A stretch of 61,209 nucleotides of DNA, counting the filler, from Nemertoderma westbladi (Eukaryota > Animalia > Xenacoelomorpha), in NCBI GenBank assembly GCA_032718475.1. It is 3 parts of 3 records of this genome, joined end to end, with 100 filler letters (N's around TTAATTAATTAA, not from the genome) between each part and the next. Parts side by side here need not be neighbours in the genome. Positions count along the whole stretch, not along the records: positions 43,786 to 61,209 come from JAUCBJ010004327.1; 2 more parts are not named here. One strand, given 5' to 3'. The notes beneath the pieces are model-generated. The model saw only the letters and a program-made list of their open reading frames with translations. It was not told the DNA's origin and made no database searches. Positions 50,114-61,209 of this stretch are shown here, in pieces. The position numbers and the translations under genes were made by a program. How positions within the stretch are numbered: the stretch's first letter is position 1; each line of letters begins with the position of its first letter.

Positions 50114-50255
50114 TTAACAATGGTTGTCGGCGTTGGTTGTCGGTTGTCGGCACTTTTACACCCTTTAATTTTGCAGTTGTGTATTAACAATGGTTGTCGG
50201 CGTTGGTTGTCAATTGTCGGCGTTTTTACACCCTTTAATTTTGCAGTTGTGTATA
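50114..50255. repeat. 70-bp tandem duplication
   Basis: ttaacaatggttgtcggcgttggttgtc...ttttgcagttgtgtat x2. Confidence 0.9.
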
Positions 50256-51097
50256 TTACAACAGGGCGATATCCATTCATTTTAATTTTTTTGTTATAAA
50301 ACAGTTTTAATTAATGCAAAGTAGCAAATGCCACGCTGTTATCCAACAACCACAGCTGAATTTGAAACTGAAACCTGTGCTAATGACTCTCGTTTATTGT
50401 TTTGGTTAAAATGACCTTCCGCTGTAACCTGTTCATTTACACTCATTTATAATTACCATTAATTAGTGCTAATTGGTTTTCAGCCTAGCGTTTACACCTT
50501 TGTAACGCCTGCATTTGTATTTAAGTAATAGCGATTTCTTGCACGACGCCACTCATTATTTTGTAATTCCAAACAATTTTGTATAAAATATCATATATAT
50601 ATACATATTATATATATATATTAGCAGCCCCATTACTAAATGCAGTCGATGCAGTAATGATATTCAAATAATTAATTTAATACCAGTACCCTCTGTTAAT
50701 GCCTCAGTGTAAAAACTTAGACAATTCAACTACAAAGAATTCCCATCAAAAAATAATAAGCCCAATATTTATGAGGAAAAAACAAGTATGGATATAAATA
50801 AGCCTTCTGCAGTGGTAAAATGTTATTGACTGACATTTATTAAATGAGATCTGTCTAACACACAATAATAGACTGAATAGTAGGGAATTCAGATTTCCAT
50901 CTCGTTAGCTGCCCGTTAATTCAGGGCCACCCTCGTTAGCTCTGGGTCCACCCTGGTTAATTCAGAACCATCTCTATTACCTCAAAAAAATCCAATTAAT
51001 TTTTTTTATATCATAAGGTTTTCTAAGGTGCTGAATGGATTGAAAATGGTTTTAAATTACCTGCTTGTATAGTAATACCATTTTGTGTGATGTGTTA

Positions 51098-51537
51098 TGT
51101 TACCAATTTCAGACGCGGGTTACCAATTTCAATCCCGATTACCAATTCAAGTGACTCAAGTCAATAGTTATATTTCAGTTACTGGTTACCAATTCAGTTT
51201 CTGGTTACAAATTTCAGTCCCCGTTTACCAATTTCAGTTTCCGATTACCAATTTCAGTCCCCGGTTACCAATTTCAGTAACCGGTTACAAATTTCAGTCA
51301 TTGGTTACCAATTTTTTTCCAAATTAAGTTTTCGGTTAGCAATTTCAGTCCCCAGTTACCAATTTCAGTCCCCGGTTACTAATTTCATCAGTTTCCAATC
51401 ACTAGTTACCAATTTCAGTTTCCGATTACCAATTCTAGTCCCCGGTTACCAATTTCAGTAATCGATTACTAATTTCAGTTTCCAATCACTAGTTACCAAT
51501 TCAGTTTCCGGTTACCAATTTCAGTCCCCAGTTACCC
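51098..51537. repeat. ~21-bp diverged minisatellite (ggttaccaatttcagtcccc)
   Basis: About 20 copies of gttaccaatttcagt; a related motif occurs at ~61140-61168. Confidence 0.88.
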
Positions 51538-52147
51538 AACCTCAGCTATAGTATATGGCTGCCCCCGACCCATCCACCGCCAAATACCACCCCCCCCCCC
51601 CCCCCACCATCAAAAAAATGTTTCATTTAACATATATTTACAATTGTTGTGGAATACTGTATATATTATTATTGATGACTACTGATTCGTATGCATGGTT
51701 GAAAATTTTGCACATAATTTCAAGAATAATTCACTTTAGTGCAAAGAATTATAATTTATATAATGTTCTCTGGTATCTCTGGTGTGTTCCAAAAGACCTC
51801 CACTTCCACCAGCTTAGGGTTATGTGTTACTTCCACAAATAATAATACACGTGTAATATAAATTGGGGGGGTTTATGCGCCTGTCGATTTATACGAATCG
51901 ACAGGCGTAACAAAAGTATTTGGAATATTATGCCCATGTATACTTATATATGTAAGCCTTCAAGTATAAACAAAACTGACCTTATCAAAATCAAGGTAGG
52001 CATTTGTTTTTTTCCATCAGCAACATGGGCTTTAACTTTTAACTTTACATGGCATTAATAATACTGTAATATTCTAGAACAATACCACATGGCCAACGCC
52101 GTCGGCCATGCGCTCGCACGGCGCAAATGCTCCATTTGCGCTCTCCA

Positions 52148-52243
52148 CCTGGATCAGTTAGGTACTTGGCAGGATTTCCTCGACTTCTGGAGCCAGTAGG
52201 GGGAGTTACCATCACCCCATCACCATTATGATGATCTAAGAAA
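52148..52243 (-). pseudogene. Tiny RTE RT fragment
   Basis: FLDHHNGDGVMVTPPTGSRSRGNPAKYLTD overlaps and extends the end of the 15702-16310 fragment (SLDHHNDDGVM). Confidence 0.75.
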
Positions 52244-52590
52244 GGGCTAATGATACGATATTTTATAGACGATTTATAGAATGCAGTGCAACCATTGTCC
52301 TTATCCTTAACCCAACAATTAGCAATATACAGACTGACATAAATCAAAGAATTATGAAAGAAGTGTAACACCTACTGTAAGGAATAAGGAATATTTAATT
52401 TATTTAAGGAATGTGCAGATTTTGGAATATATATATATATGTTTATTGACTAATATCCGACAAAAGACATTATTATCATTAAATATTTGACATATTATGA
52501 AATATAAACTTAGTGAAACTAAATAACTTTAGATCTAAAATTAGTCCCTTCAAATTAGTAACTTGAAAATGTCCCAGTTATTGTCTCGAG

Positions 52591-54045
52591 TTAGTGTCTT
52601 TGCAGTTCTTTGAAAATTTCAGAAATTATTTTGACGATTCTTTCCCCGTTGTTTATTAACATAAATTCTGCTACCGTGGAGTAGGATTTTCCCCCCAATA
52701 TATCTTTCGTCAGTGAACAACCCGATAACACGTGTAATTCGTTCTGTACCGACGATCCATCACATTTGCAGACTCGTTCTTCTCTAGGTACACGAGTCCA
52801 CCTTCCTGTCTCTACCCTTAAGCGATGCGCGCTTAAACGAAATCTTGTAAAATCGATCCTGTTCTGCTCGTGTATGTACGGTTTCTGCTGATTATATACC
52901 TTGTGGATAGTTAGATTAGGGTTTATTTCCAGGTAAGTTGCCAATTTAGTGTGGATATGTGCAGTATCTTTAATTCTACTCTTCAAACCATTAATATTTC
53001 TAGCTATTATATTACCTTCCGTCAGTTCTAACTTATTTAGATATTTAAAAGCGCGGGTGTTCCCTGTTTTTGCCAGATGATACGCGATGTGTGCAGGATC
53101 TTCTTGGTGCCACGATTTCTTGAGTCTTCGGATAGAGTTTCTAATATTATTGTCGATAACGGATCCTACCTCGGCCATACCAATCTCTGTATGGCACAGC
53201 ACATTCGGTGTTGTTGTTTTAACGCCTAAAAGTATTTTTATCAGTTTACTATATATCTTTTCAATTTCCTTTCTCCCCCGTATTGCTAACCAGGTATCGC
53301 TGGAATACAGTATCGCTGCCGTTACAGCACAGTCAAGCACCTTTTTCTTTAGACAGAAAGGCATATTTGGATTGCTGGCACAAAATGCTGCAAACTTGGC
53401 TACCTGTTTTTTACTTTCACCTGCGTGTAAATTTATCACTGATTCTATTCTACCATCCTGTGTGAAGAAACCACCCAGGTAAACATATTTATCTGTATTA
53501 ATTATTTGTACACTTCCGCATAACAACGGTTGTTTATCAGCTATAAATCCATTTATAACCATGAACTTACTCTTCTTTTCATTGATTACCATATTATGTG
53601 ACCTACATAATTTATCTAAAATATTTAGCTTTTCTATACAACTCTCTCGGTTCTCAGCTAAAATAGCAGTATCGTCCATGAACAGGAGAAGATGCAAGGC
53701 TCCTAGGTATGTGTTAGTAGATGTTAGTGAATCAAACATGACGACTAGGACATCAATGTAAAGAGTGAATAGAAATAAACTTGATGGCGCTCCTTGACGC
53801 AAACCGCTGTCGACACGAATATCAATTGATCTAAGGTTTAAAAACGTCGTCCTATATATTGCTTTTATTGCGTTAATCATATTAAATCCACAACCGAGAA
53901 AAAGTAACTTGGATATAAGAGTAGACCTAGAGACTCTATCATAGGCTTTACTGAAGTCGATGAAGATGATGAATAGTTTTTTGTTCTTGGTGTAAGCATA
54001 ATCGACAACCAAGCGTAGAGCAAGTATCTGTTCATAACATGATCT
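52591..54045 (-). mobile_element. 5'-truncated LINE (RTEX-like), intact frame over the RT and C-terminal zinc-binding region
   Basis: FIDFSKAYDRV, GLRQGAPSSLFLF, LLFMDD, YVYLG, then RFRLSAHRLRVETGRW..REERVCKC..VQNELHVLSGC. Confidence 0.88.
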
Positions 54046-54059
54046 ACAATACAATTGTA

Positions 54060-54412
54060 TCCCTAAATAAGAAACCCAGGTCAAAAAGTTCTTATTTACG
54101 GACTTTTAGTATTTAAGTGTACAATTTCGATATCTTATTAAATAAGGTAAATTTAAAAAATCCCCCTTTATTTAGGAACTGATCGTATTTTTGATACAGT
54201 TTTAAAACACTTGTAGAAAAAAAACCGGACGGTGAAATGTTTTCTGGTTTTTTGCATTATGTTCAAGAAAGACCCAACTTTTATATAGTGAAATAAAATT
54301 ATGCGGTATTTTTTCCTGAAACAAGTTATTGCATATTATATCGAAAAAATATCCAAAAAAGGCCCAAAAACCCCTAAATAAGAACCATTTTCCTTAAATA
54401 AGAACCCACTTT
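54060..54412. repeat. Segment with direct and inverted CCTAAATAAGAA motifs; probable MITE remnant
   Basis: Motif at ~54062, 54373 and 54392; inverted near copies at ~54089 and 54166. Confidence 0.45.
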
Positions 54413-54446
54413 TGGAGCTTATTATACTTTTGGGTATGTTCCCTAC

Positions 54447-55420
54447 TTGACGGGGTTCATTCTAAATGGGTACCCATGCTCAGTGGGGTACCCCAAGCGA
54501 GTATATTGGGCGTTCTCTGCTACCTGGGTTTTGTATACGACTTACCTGACATCACAACATGGATAATACACCTATTCGCAGACGATACTAAGAACAGTGC
54601 CATTTTCACGCCATCGCCATACCTAACCAATGGGCCTCTACAAAACGACCTCGACAACCTTTACCGATGGACTGTAGTGTGGCAGCAGCTTTTTAATAAT
54701 GATAAGTGCAACGTACGATGATATGCACATACGAAGGACAATAAACCCCAAATTTTTGTACACACTAGGAGATACCAGCAACGAGCATCAGCTTGCAGAA
54801 ACCACAATAGAAAAAGATATCGGTGTTTACTTCCAAAACGATCTCCATTTCGGTACTCACATCGCCAAGATGGTCAAGAAAGCAAACTGCCACCTCGGCT
54901 TGATATACCGCAGCTTTAGCCATATAGATGGTGATATATTTCTCAGCCTATATAAGAGTATGGTTCGCCCTGTTCTAGAATACTCATCAGTGGTTTGGTC
55001 TCCAAATAAAATAGGCGAAATGAGACTCATTGAGGGAGTGCAACACCGTGCGACTCGACTTGTTAAAGGTCTCCACAACCTCGATTACCCATCACGTCTT
55101 TGTAAGCTGTGCCTACCAACGTTGGAATATCGGCGTCACCGCGCCGATATGATCCAGGTTTACAAACTACTGACGGGCCTCGATAACGCGGACTATCGCA
55201 CCTACTTCACACTGGATCCATCTAGTCGCCGCGGCCACTCTCTGAAGTTATTTAAACCTCGGGCGCGTCTTGCGCTATGTAACGAGACCTTTAGCTTTCG
55301 AGTAATCGATGACTGGAACCGTTTAACCGAAACTGTAGTTTCATCAGCGATACTGACACATTTAAATCAAGGCTAAATGAACACTATACAAATTTACCAT
55401 TGAAATTTTATCCGTCCTGG
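54447..55420 (+). pseudogene. CR1-clade LINE 3' portion, frameshifted
   Basis: SGVPQASILG, LFADDTK, LQNDLD..W...FNNDKC / EKDIGV, LYKSMVRPVLEYSSVVWSP, LPTLEYRRHRADMIQVYK, RGHSLKL, FSFRVIDDWN. Confidence 0.92.
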
Positions 55421-55463
55421 TGGTAGCACTAAGGTAGCAGCAATAAATCCCCAATAACTCCAT

Positions 55464-55715
55464 ATTAATTTTAATTTATAGCGCCTCATTTGTATTTTTT
55501 ATGTATTAAACAATTACTTAACTTTATTGAAACATTTTTTAAACTCGTTCTCATTTGTTTTTACTTAATTGACTTAACAAATTCTGAGTATTAATTTTAA
55601 TTTATAGCGCCACATTCTTACTTTTTATGTATGTATTAATTACTTAATTTTAACTTTATGGAAACATTTTTTAAACTCATTTACAATTGTTTTTTTTTTT
55701 ACTTAATTGCCTTAA
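55464..55715. repeat. ~125-bp AT-rich tandem duplication
   Basis: tattaattttaatttatagcgcc at ~55464 and ~55589. Confidence 0.8.
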
Positions 55716-56409
55716 TCTGCTAAGGTCGTAATCTATTTATCATATAATTACAAAATAATATTGTCATTTGCTGTCTTAAATATGGTCAATTGCTGTCAAG
55801 TCAATCCAATTTTTATTTTTTTTTTAATTATGTTAGTTAATCTTCCATATTTTATACATTATGTATATCTCATATATTTTACTCGATTTTACAGTACCAG
55901 TACCAGTATCTTTATATTTTATTCCTACCAGGTTGTCAGTCACCTAGGTTTACTCTCATTGTCGATTTATGGGTGCTAAAAGGGTTCCGCGTCGTTGGGT
56001 CCTTTGGTCGTTAGGTCCTGCGTCGTTAGGTCCTGCGTCGTTAGGTCCTGAGGCATTAGGTCCTGCGACATTAGGTCCTGCGTCATTAGGTCCTGTTGTG
56101 TCATATCGTGCGACGTTAGGTCCTGTGGAGCGTCGTTAGGTCCTGCCTGCCTGCGTCGTTAGGTCCTGTATTCCACTACTGTACAGTGAACAGGCTGACA
56201 GCAGGACAGGTACCGGTCTGCCGGTGTCCGGTAGGCCACTGTATACTGGTATACAAGGTATATGGCAATATCGTAGGTACCGGTAGTAGAAAGGGTAGGT
56301 CGGTATACTGGTATAAACGGTAGGTTGGCCTACTGCCAGACTGCCGTTGCGAGGCAGTGTGCTGGGGTGGTAGATCCCACAGTCTACCTATCTGGACTGT
56401 GGGTGGGCT

Positions 56410-57326
56410 CCAGGTTGGAATTCATGCATGAGCGCGCAGGTACGCTTTGTTGTTTTGAAATCACCGCGCACCTGAAATTGGCTCGTCGCGCACCTCATCA
56501 TATGTCATAATCCAAACAAAATCGCGCAGCTCATGTCATGCATATCTCAAAAAATCGCACAGTTCATAAGAACAATTTTACATTCCTATTTTACAAGTTT
56601 GAGCGTTTTAAGCTTATCTTTACGTCTGTCTGTCTGTACGTTGAATCTAGGCTTACATAATAAATGTAATTTTTGCAACATCAAAATTGTTACCGGTATT
56701 AAAAAATATTTTTTTAATCCACTACTATGGTGGCCCATCCAGCCATCGGGCGGGCTCACTGCTTTTATAACAGAAAATATTATTTTAGATTACAAACAAA
56801 ACATGTACCGGTAATTTCAAAAAAACGAATATTGAAATAGGTACCAGTCTGCCAATAATACTTTGTATAGGCCTACCTAACAATTAGGCTTAAACATACA
56901 GTTGGCTTATAATTAAGTCATACTTATAATACATTGTTACTTTCTGACTTTACCTGTTTACTAACGTAACATCGGCATAGCATAGACCTAATAACAATAC
57001 AACAATAGAGAACTGTAGTTAAAATAAATAGACAAATTCAGCTCCGGTTGCCGGTATTACAGTATTATGGTGAAGTGATTTGACTGTTTGAAGAATTGGA
57101 AATGAGAAACCAATGCGAGCGCAGCGAGCGAAATTTTTTTGTGTATTTTCGTGATTTCAATTAATTTGTGGTGCGCATCAGAGGCAGAGCTGCGCGCTGA
57201 GGCGCAACGCGCACCTGTCTCACACCCGAACGCGCACCTGTCTCACCCAAACGCGCAACGCGCATCTGGTTTGCGGTCATTCGCGCAGGTACGCGTCCGA
57301 GTTTTGCAGCATGAATTCCAACCTGG
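56410..57326. mobile_element. Nested MITE with 18-bp TIR and 8-bp TSD
   Basis: ccaggttggaattcatgc / gcatgaattccaacctgg; GGTGGGCT at 56402-56409 and 57327-57334. Confidence 0.88.
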
Positions 57327-57940
57327 GGTGGGCTGTACTGCAGTAGGCTGGTAGGCCTGGTTGGCACAGCTGTAGCCCGACCAAAGCGACCAAGTTATCT
57401 ACGAATTGATCGCGAAATAAAGTTGGCGAGGGATGATCTTGCTTCTAAATTGGACCACATGGCAGACAACATTATTCCAATCCTAATACCCCAGCTACTG
57501 TATCCATACCTTGATCGAATGGAAAAGTTAGTCGCAGGGAAATCATTGCTGTAAGGATCCAGTTCTTATTGTTGGATTACTACTTAACCGTGAACTTGAA
57601 AGAACTACTTAACTGAGTTATTTTTGTATACCGGTACCATTCAAAATCGTTCTAATTTTTACTTTAATCATTTATTCATTCTTTATAGTGTTGTGTTTGT
57701 GTTATCATATGTTAATGTTGTTGAACATATGTGAAAATATGTGTTAGTAATGTTGAAGATAAAAGTAGTGCCAGAGTGCGGCTATTTGAATCAAGTTTTG
57801 AGTGGGCGTTTATTTGGGAGCGGGAGGGAGGGGGAACTTTTTTCTATTTATGTGAACTATTTTTGTAGGTCGTATGAGCAGTGCTCATGGGAACTGTGCT
57901 AGTCAATTGGTTTAGGAGAATGGTTTAGGGACGCAGTACT

Positions 57941-58110
57941 CGTCACCATAGAACATTACAAGCCTCGTTGCGCTCGTCCTGTTTTATCCGAAAATATATT
58001 TCATAACGTAGACTGACGATGAACTGAAGATGACACTGTCGTCACCATAGAACATTACAAGCCTCGTTGCGCTCGACCTGTTTTAGTCGAAAATATTTCT
58101 CATAACGTTA
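57941..58110. repeat. ~100-bp-period duplication
   Basis: cgtcaccatagaacattacaagcctcgttgcgctcg at 57941 and 58040. Confidence 0.85.
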
Positions 58111-58280
58111 ACTTTATAACTATGAAAAATGACAAAATGAAATGTGAAATGAAAAATTAAAAAAACTGAAAAATCTGGAAACCCCCCAATCGCCAAAGCC
58201 GCAGAGGACCTAATGACGCAGGACCTAACGACCAAAGGACCTAATGACGCTATTATAGAAGACCTAATGTCGCAGGAGTC

Positions 58281-59342
58281 TAGGGCTCGATCGGAGTTGG
58301 GATTTGGCCGGAGCCGGAGCAGGAGCCGGAGTTGGACAATTTGGCCGGAGCCGGAGCAGGAGCCGGAGTTTTTCAAAATTTAATTATTTATTAAAAAAAA
58401 ATAAAGTATGGTTATCGTTCGCCAATCGCTCATAATCAATCATACTGTAGGTCTAATTAATTTCATAATTTATAGATTTACGAATTTTCAATTTAAAATT
58501 TAAGTAATTAATTTATCACGGACAGACGGCCTGACGCTGACGGCCTGATGCTGACGGCGACGGCCTGACGCTGACGGCTAAAAATTACGTACAGTACCTA
58601 ACTGGAGTTTTTCAAAAATTTTAAAAATTTAATTATTTATTTAAAAAAAAATTAATTAGGGTTATCGTTCGCCAATCGCTCATAATCAATCATACTGTAG
58701 GTCTAATTAATTTCATAATTTATAGATTTACGAATTTTCAATTTAAAATTTAGGCTAAGTAATTAATTTATCACGCTTTATTGACGCTGACGGCGACGGC
58801 CTGATGCTGACGGCGACGGCCTGACGGCGACGGCCTGACGCTGATGGCTAAAAATTACCTACAGTACCTAACTCACTAACTGTGGTAGAGGTGTGTACTG
58901 TAGCACTGTAGGTAGCCTACCGTACGTGTACCAGTACTGCAGTACAGTATGCTGGCATGACAGCACTGACAGCAGTAAATGGCTGCAGTGGTACAGTCTG
59001 ACAGTGTACAATCATAGCATTTACAATTTTTTAAAGTAGGGCCTATCTGTAACAGTCTGCTAGTCAGCCAGCTGGCCAGTACCAGTACTGCAGTACAGTC
59101 AGTCAGTCATTGACTTTAAGTAAATACTGCAGTATTATCAGAATATACTTGATATTGAAGCTGTAATACAGTACTTACAGACTTATAGTGTTAAATAATT
59201 GTTCAGATTAGAACATGCACGAAATATAATACTTTATTAAAAAATTAACTCCGGCAATATTTTTACCGGAGCCGGAGCAGGAGCCGGAGGTGCCAAAATG
59301 GCCGGAGCCGGAGCCGGAGGCCGGAGCTCCGATCGAGCCCTA
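58281..59342. mobile_element. Nested hAT-like MITE in the right TIR array of the host element
   Basis: TIR tagggctcgatcggag / ctccgatcgagcccta; subterminal (ccggag)n; flanks cgcagga(gt)c and cgcaggac; internal ~240-bp duplication (58365/58605). Confidence 0.82.
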
Positions 59343-60309
59343 CGCAGGACCTAATGACGCAGGACTTAACGCCGCAGGACCTAATGCCGCAGGACCTAAC
59401 GACCACTCACAGGACCTAATGACGCGGGATCTAACGACCAAAGGACCTAATGACGCGTTACCGCTAAAAGTGCATACTTTCCTCATCACCCTTTAAACTA
59501 TTAAACTACTGCAGCTAGGAACTTTCACCCGTTAGACGGGTGGACAATCCAGCCCTTTAATGGGTGTCCTAATTCGTTCTTCTGGGCTAAATTCCACCCG
59601 TTTGAGGGGTGGCTTGGGGAGTTTGTAAATTTTATCCAGCTTGCTTTATGATCAAAGCCGCCGACAGGAATCTCGGACACTCATCTGAGGGCTGGATATA
59701 ATGCGGCTACATGCAAGGAAATACAGCCTTGAGTAAACCTACAACAACAACAGGGTGCTTTTGATTGACAGTGTAAGAGTAATAGGCCTAGCTGTAATAA
59801 GCTAAGTTTAAAAGACTGCTTGAGCCTGACTGCCTGAGTGCTGAATGCCTGCCTGACTACGGTACTTAGCTAGGAGGACTGGAGGTCTGGAGGAGTTAAT
59901 AAATTAAGCTAATTATTATTTTCCGAAGTTAATTAATTATTTATTTAAGATACCAAGCAGTACTGCGTAATTAATTATTTTCTTTAAGATGATAAAGTAT
60001 TTTCTTCTTTCCAGTAAGTTGATAAATTATTTTATTTATTTACAGTACAGTAATTATTATTTTCTTACTGGTAAGTTAATAAATTATTTTCTTAGGATAT
60101 TAATTATTTCATTACACAGTAGGTACACACATTAGGTAGGTCTATGTCTAAGATAATTAATTATTTATTAAGATAATTAATTATTTCACTAATTATTACC
60201 CAGCAAAGTCATAGCATGATAAGTCGCTGATAAATTGCTACTAATTTCGCCGGCTAATACCCTGCTAATTTCGCCGGATAAAAGCCGGCTTTTTGGTTCC
60301 AATGTTCTT

Positions 60310-60615
60310 AAAGGTTTCGAAGGGTGGATTTCGAAGAGAAATATCCATCGTTTAGTAGACTATTAGCCTTCGATTAGTAGTTTACGAAGCATATTCGAAG
60401 GATAATTCGAAGACAAAAATGCTTCGTTTAGTAGACTATTCGCCTGCGATTAGAAGTTTATTTAGCATTTTTCGAAGGATGATTTCGAAGATAAAAATGC
60501 TTCGTTTAGTAGACTATTAGCCTTCAATTAGAAGTTTACGAAGCATTTTCGAAGGATAATTTCATACATTATTAGAAGCATTTTCGAAGCATAAAAAATA
60601 CTATTTTTCGAAGAA
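60310..60615. repeat. ~75-bp diverged tandem repeat rich in TTCGAAG
   Basis: tcgtttagtagactatt at ~60347, 60424 and 60502. Confidence 0.8.
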
Positions 60616-61209
60616 AAAAAATGTAACTGAAACAATCACTGGACCTGCCTGTGGATGCTTTGGTGAAGAGGGAGGGGGTATTAGCCTACTGTAGTAGCCT
60701 ACCGTATCCTACCCTACACCCTACTTCCCTATCCTACAATACGTTATATACTTATTAATGGAAGCGGCTGATTATATATAGAAATATATAATCAATATAG
60801 ATTTGAGGGTATCTATGGAAACTTTAAGTGATAATCGAAAAATTTGAATTTGTTAGTTCAAATTTAAATAATTTCCCATATTGTCAGCCATATTAGATTA
60901 TTCGTGTTGATGGATCTATTAGAATTAATTAAATTTAGATGCATTTAATTAATAATTATGCTTCTATGATTATGGAAATATACATTATTTGCCTGATAAA
61001 TTATCTTCGTTTTCGAAGACAATTAGCAGCTATATTATAAAGAATTGATAATATTTTACATAGTAATGGACCAAGCGGCTCGGCTGGTAAGGAAATGACC
61101 ATATGCTGCGAATGCACATCAGATTTACAAATCTGAAATTCCGGTTTCAAATTTCAGTTCCCAGTTACTGTACGAATTTAAATTCCCAGATACGAATTGT
61201 TCACAGTAG

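Larger units (their letters stand above)
55983..59462. mobile_element. Non-autonomous foldback/Mutator-like (or Merlin-like) DNA transposon with 15-bp-array TIRs and 8-bp TSD
   Basis: GCTAAAAG at 55975-55982 and 59463-59470; termini GGTTCCGCGTC / GACGCGTTACC; (cgttaggtcctgcgt)n at left, inverted at right. Confidence 0.88.

Overview
AT-rich eukaryotic (probably invertebrate) genomic DNA. Three contigs are joined by artificial 100-bp linkers (N44-TTAATTAATTAA-N44 at 16473-16572 and 43686-43785), so they need not be neighbours. Contig 1 (1-16472): a >465-codon minus-strand ORF running off the window edge and missed by the ORF track, many tandem arrays, a TA/ATAT MITE, a TTAA piggyBac-like element, LINE fragments and one exon of an aminergic (5-HT2-like) GPCR. 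Contig 2 (16573-43685): a spliced gene with a 5.4-kb exon (about 65 PTGSPESPK repeats, AT-hook) and three smaller exons ending in an Eco1/ESCO-like C2H2 finger. Its introns hold a 28-bp satellite interrupted by a near-complete Penelope-like retroelement (RT + GIY-YIG, hammerhead-like core, permuted intron) and a 9-kb G-free 32-bp satellite. Contig 3 (43786-61209): transposon debris, including RTE copies (one with a twin-priming 5' inversion), RTEX-like and CR1 LINEs, and a foldback-like element carrying two nested MITEs. Repeat copies show TA sites expanded to TAGGCCTA/TAGGCTA, suggesting a pervasive excision-footprint signature. All family assignments come from manual motif recognition; no searches were run.
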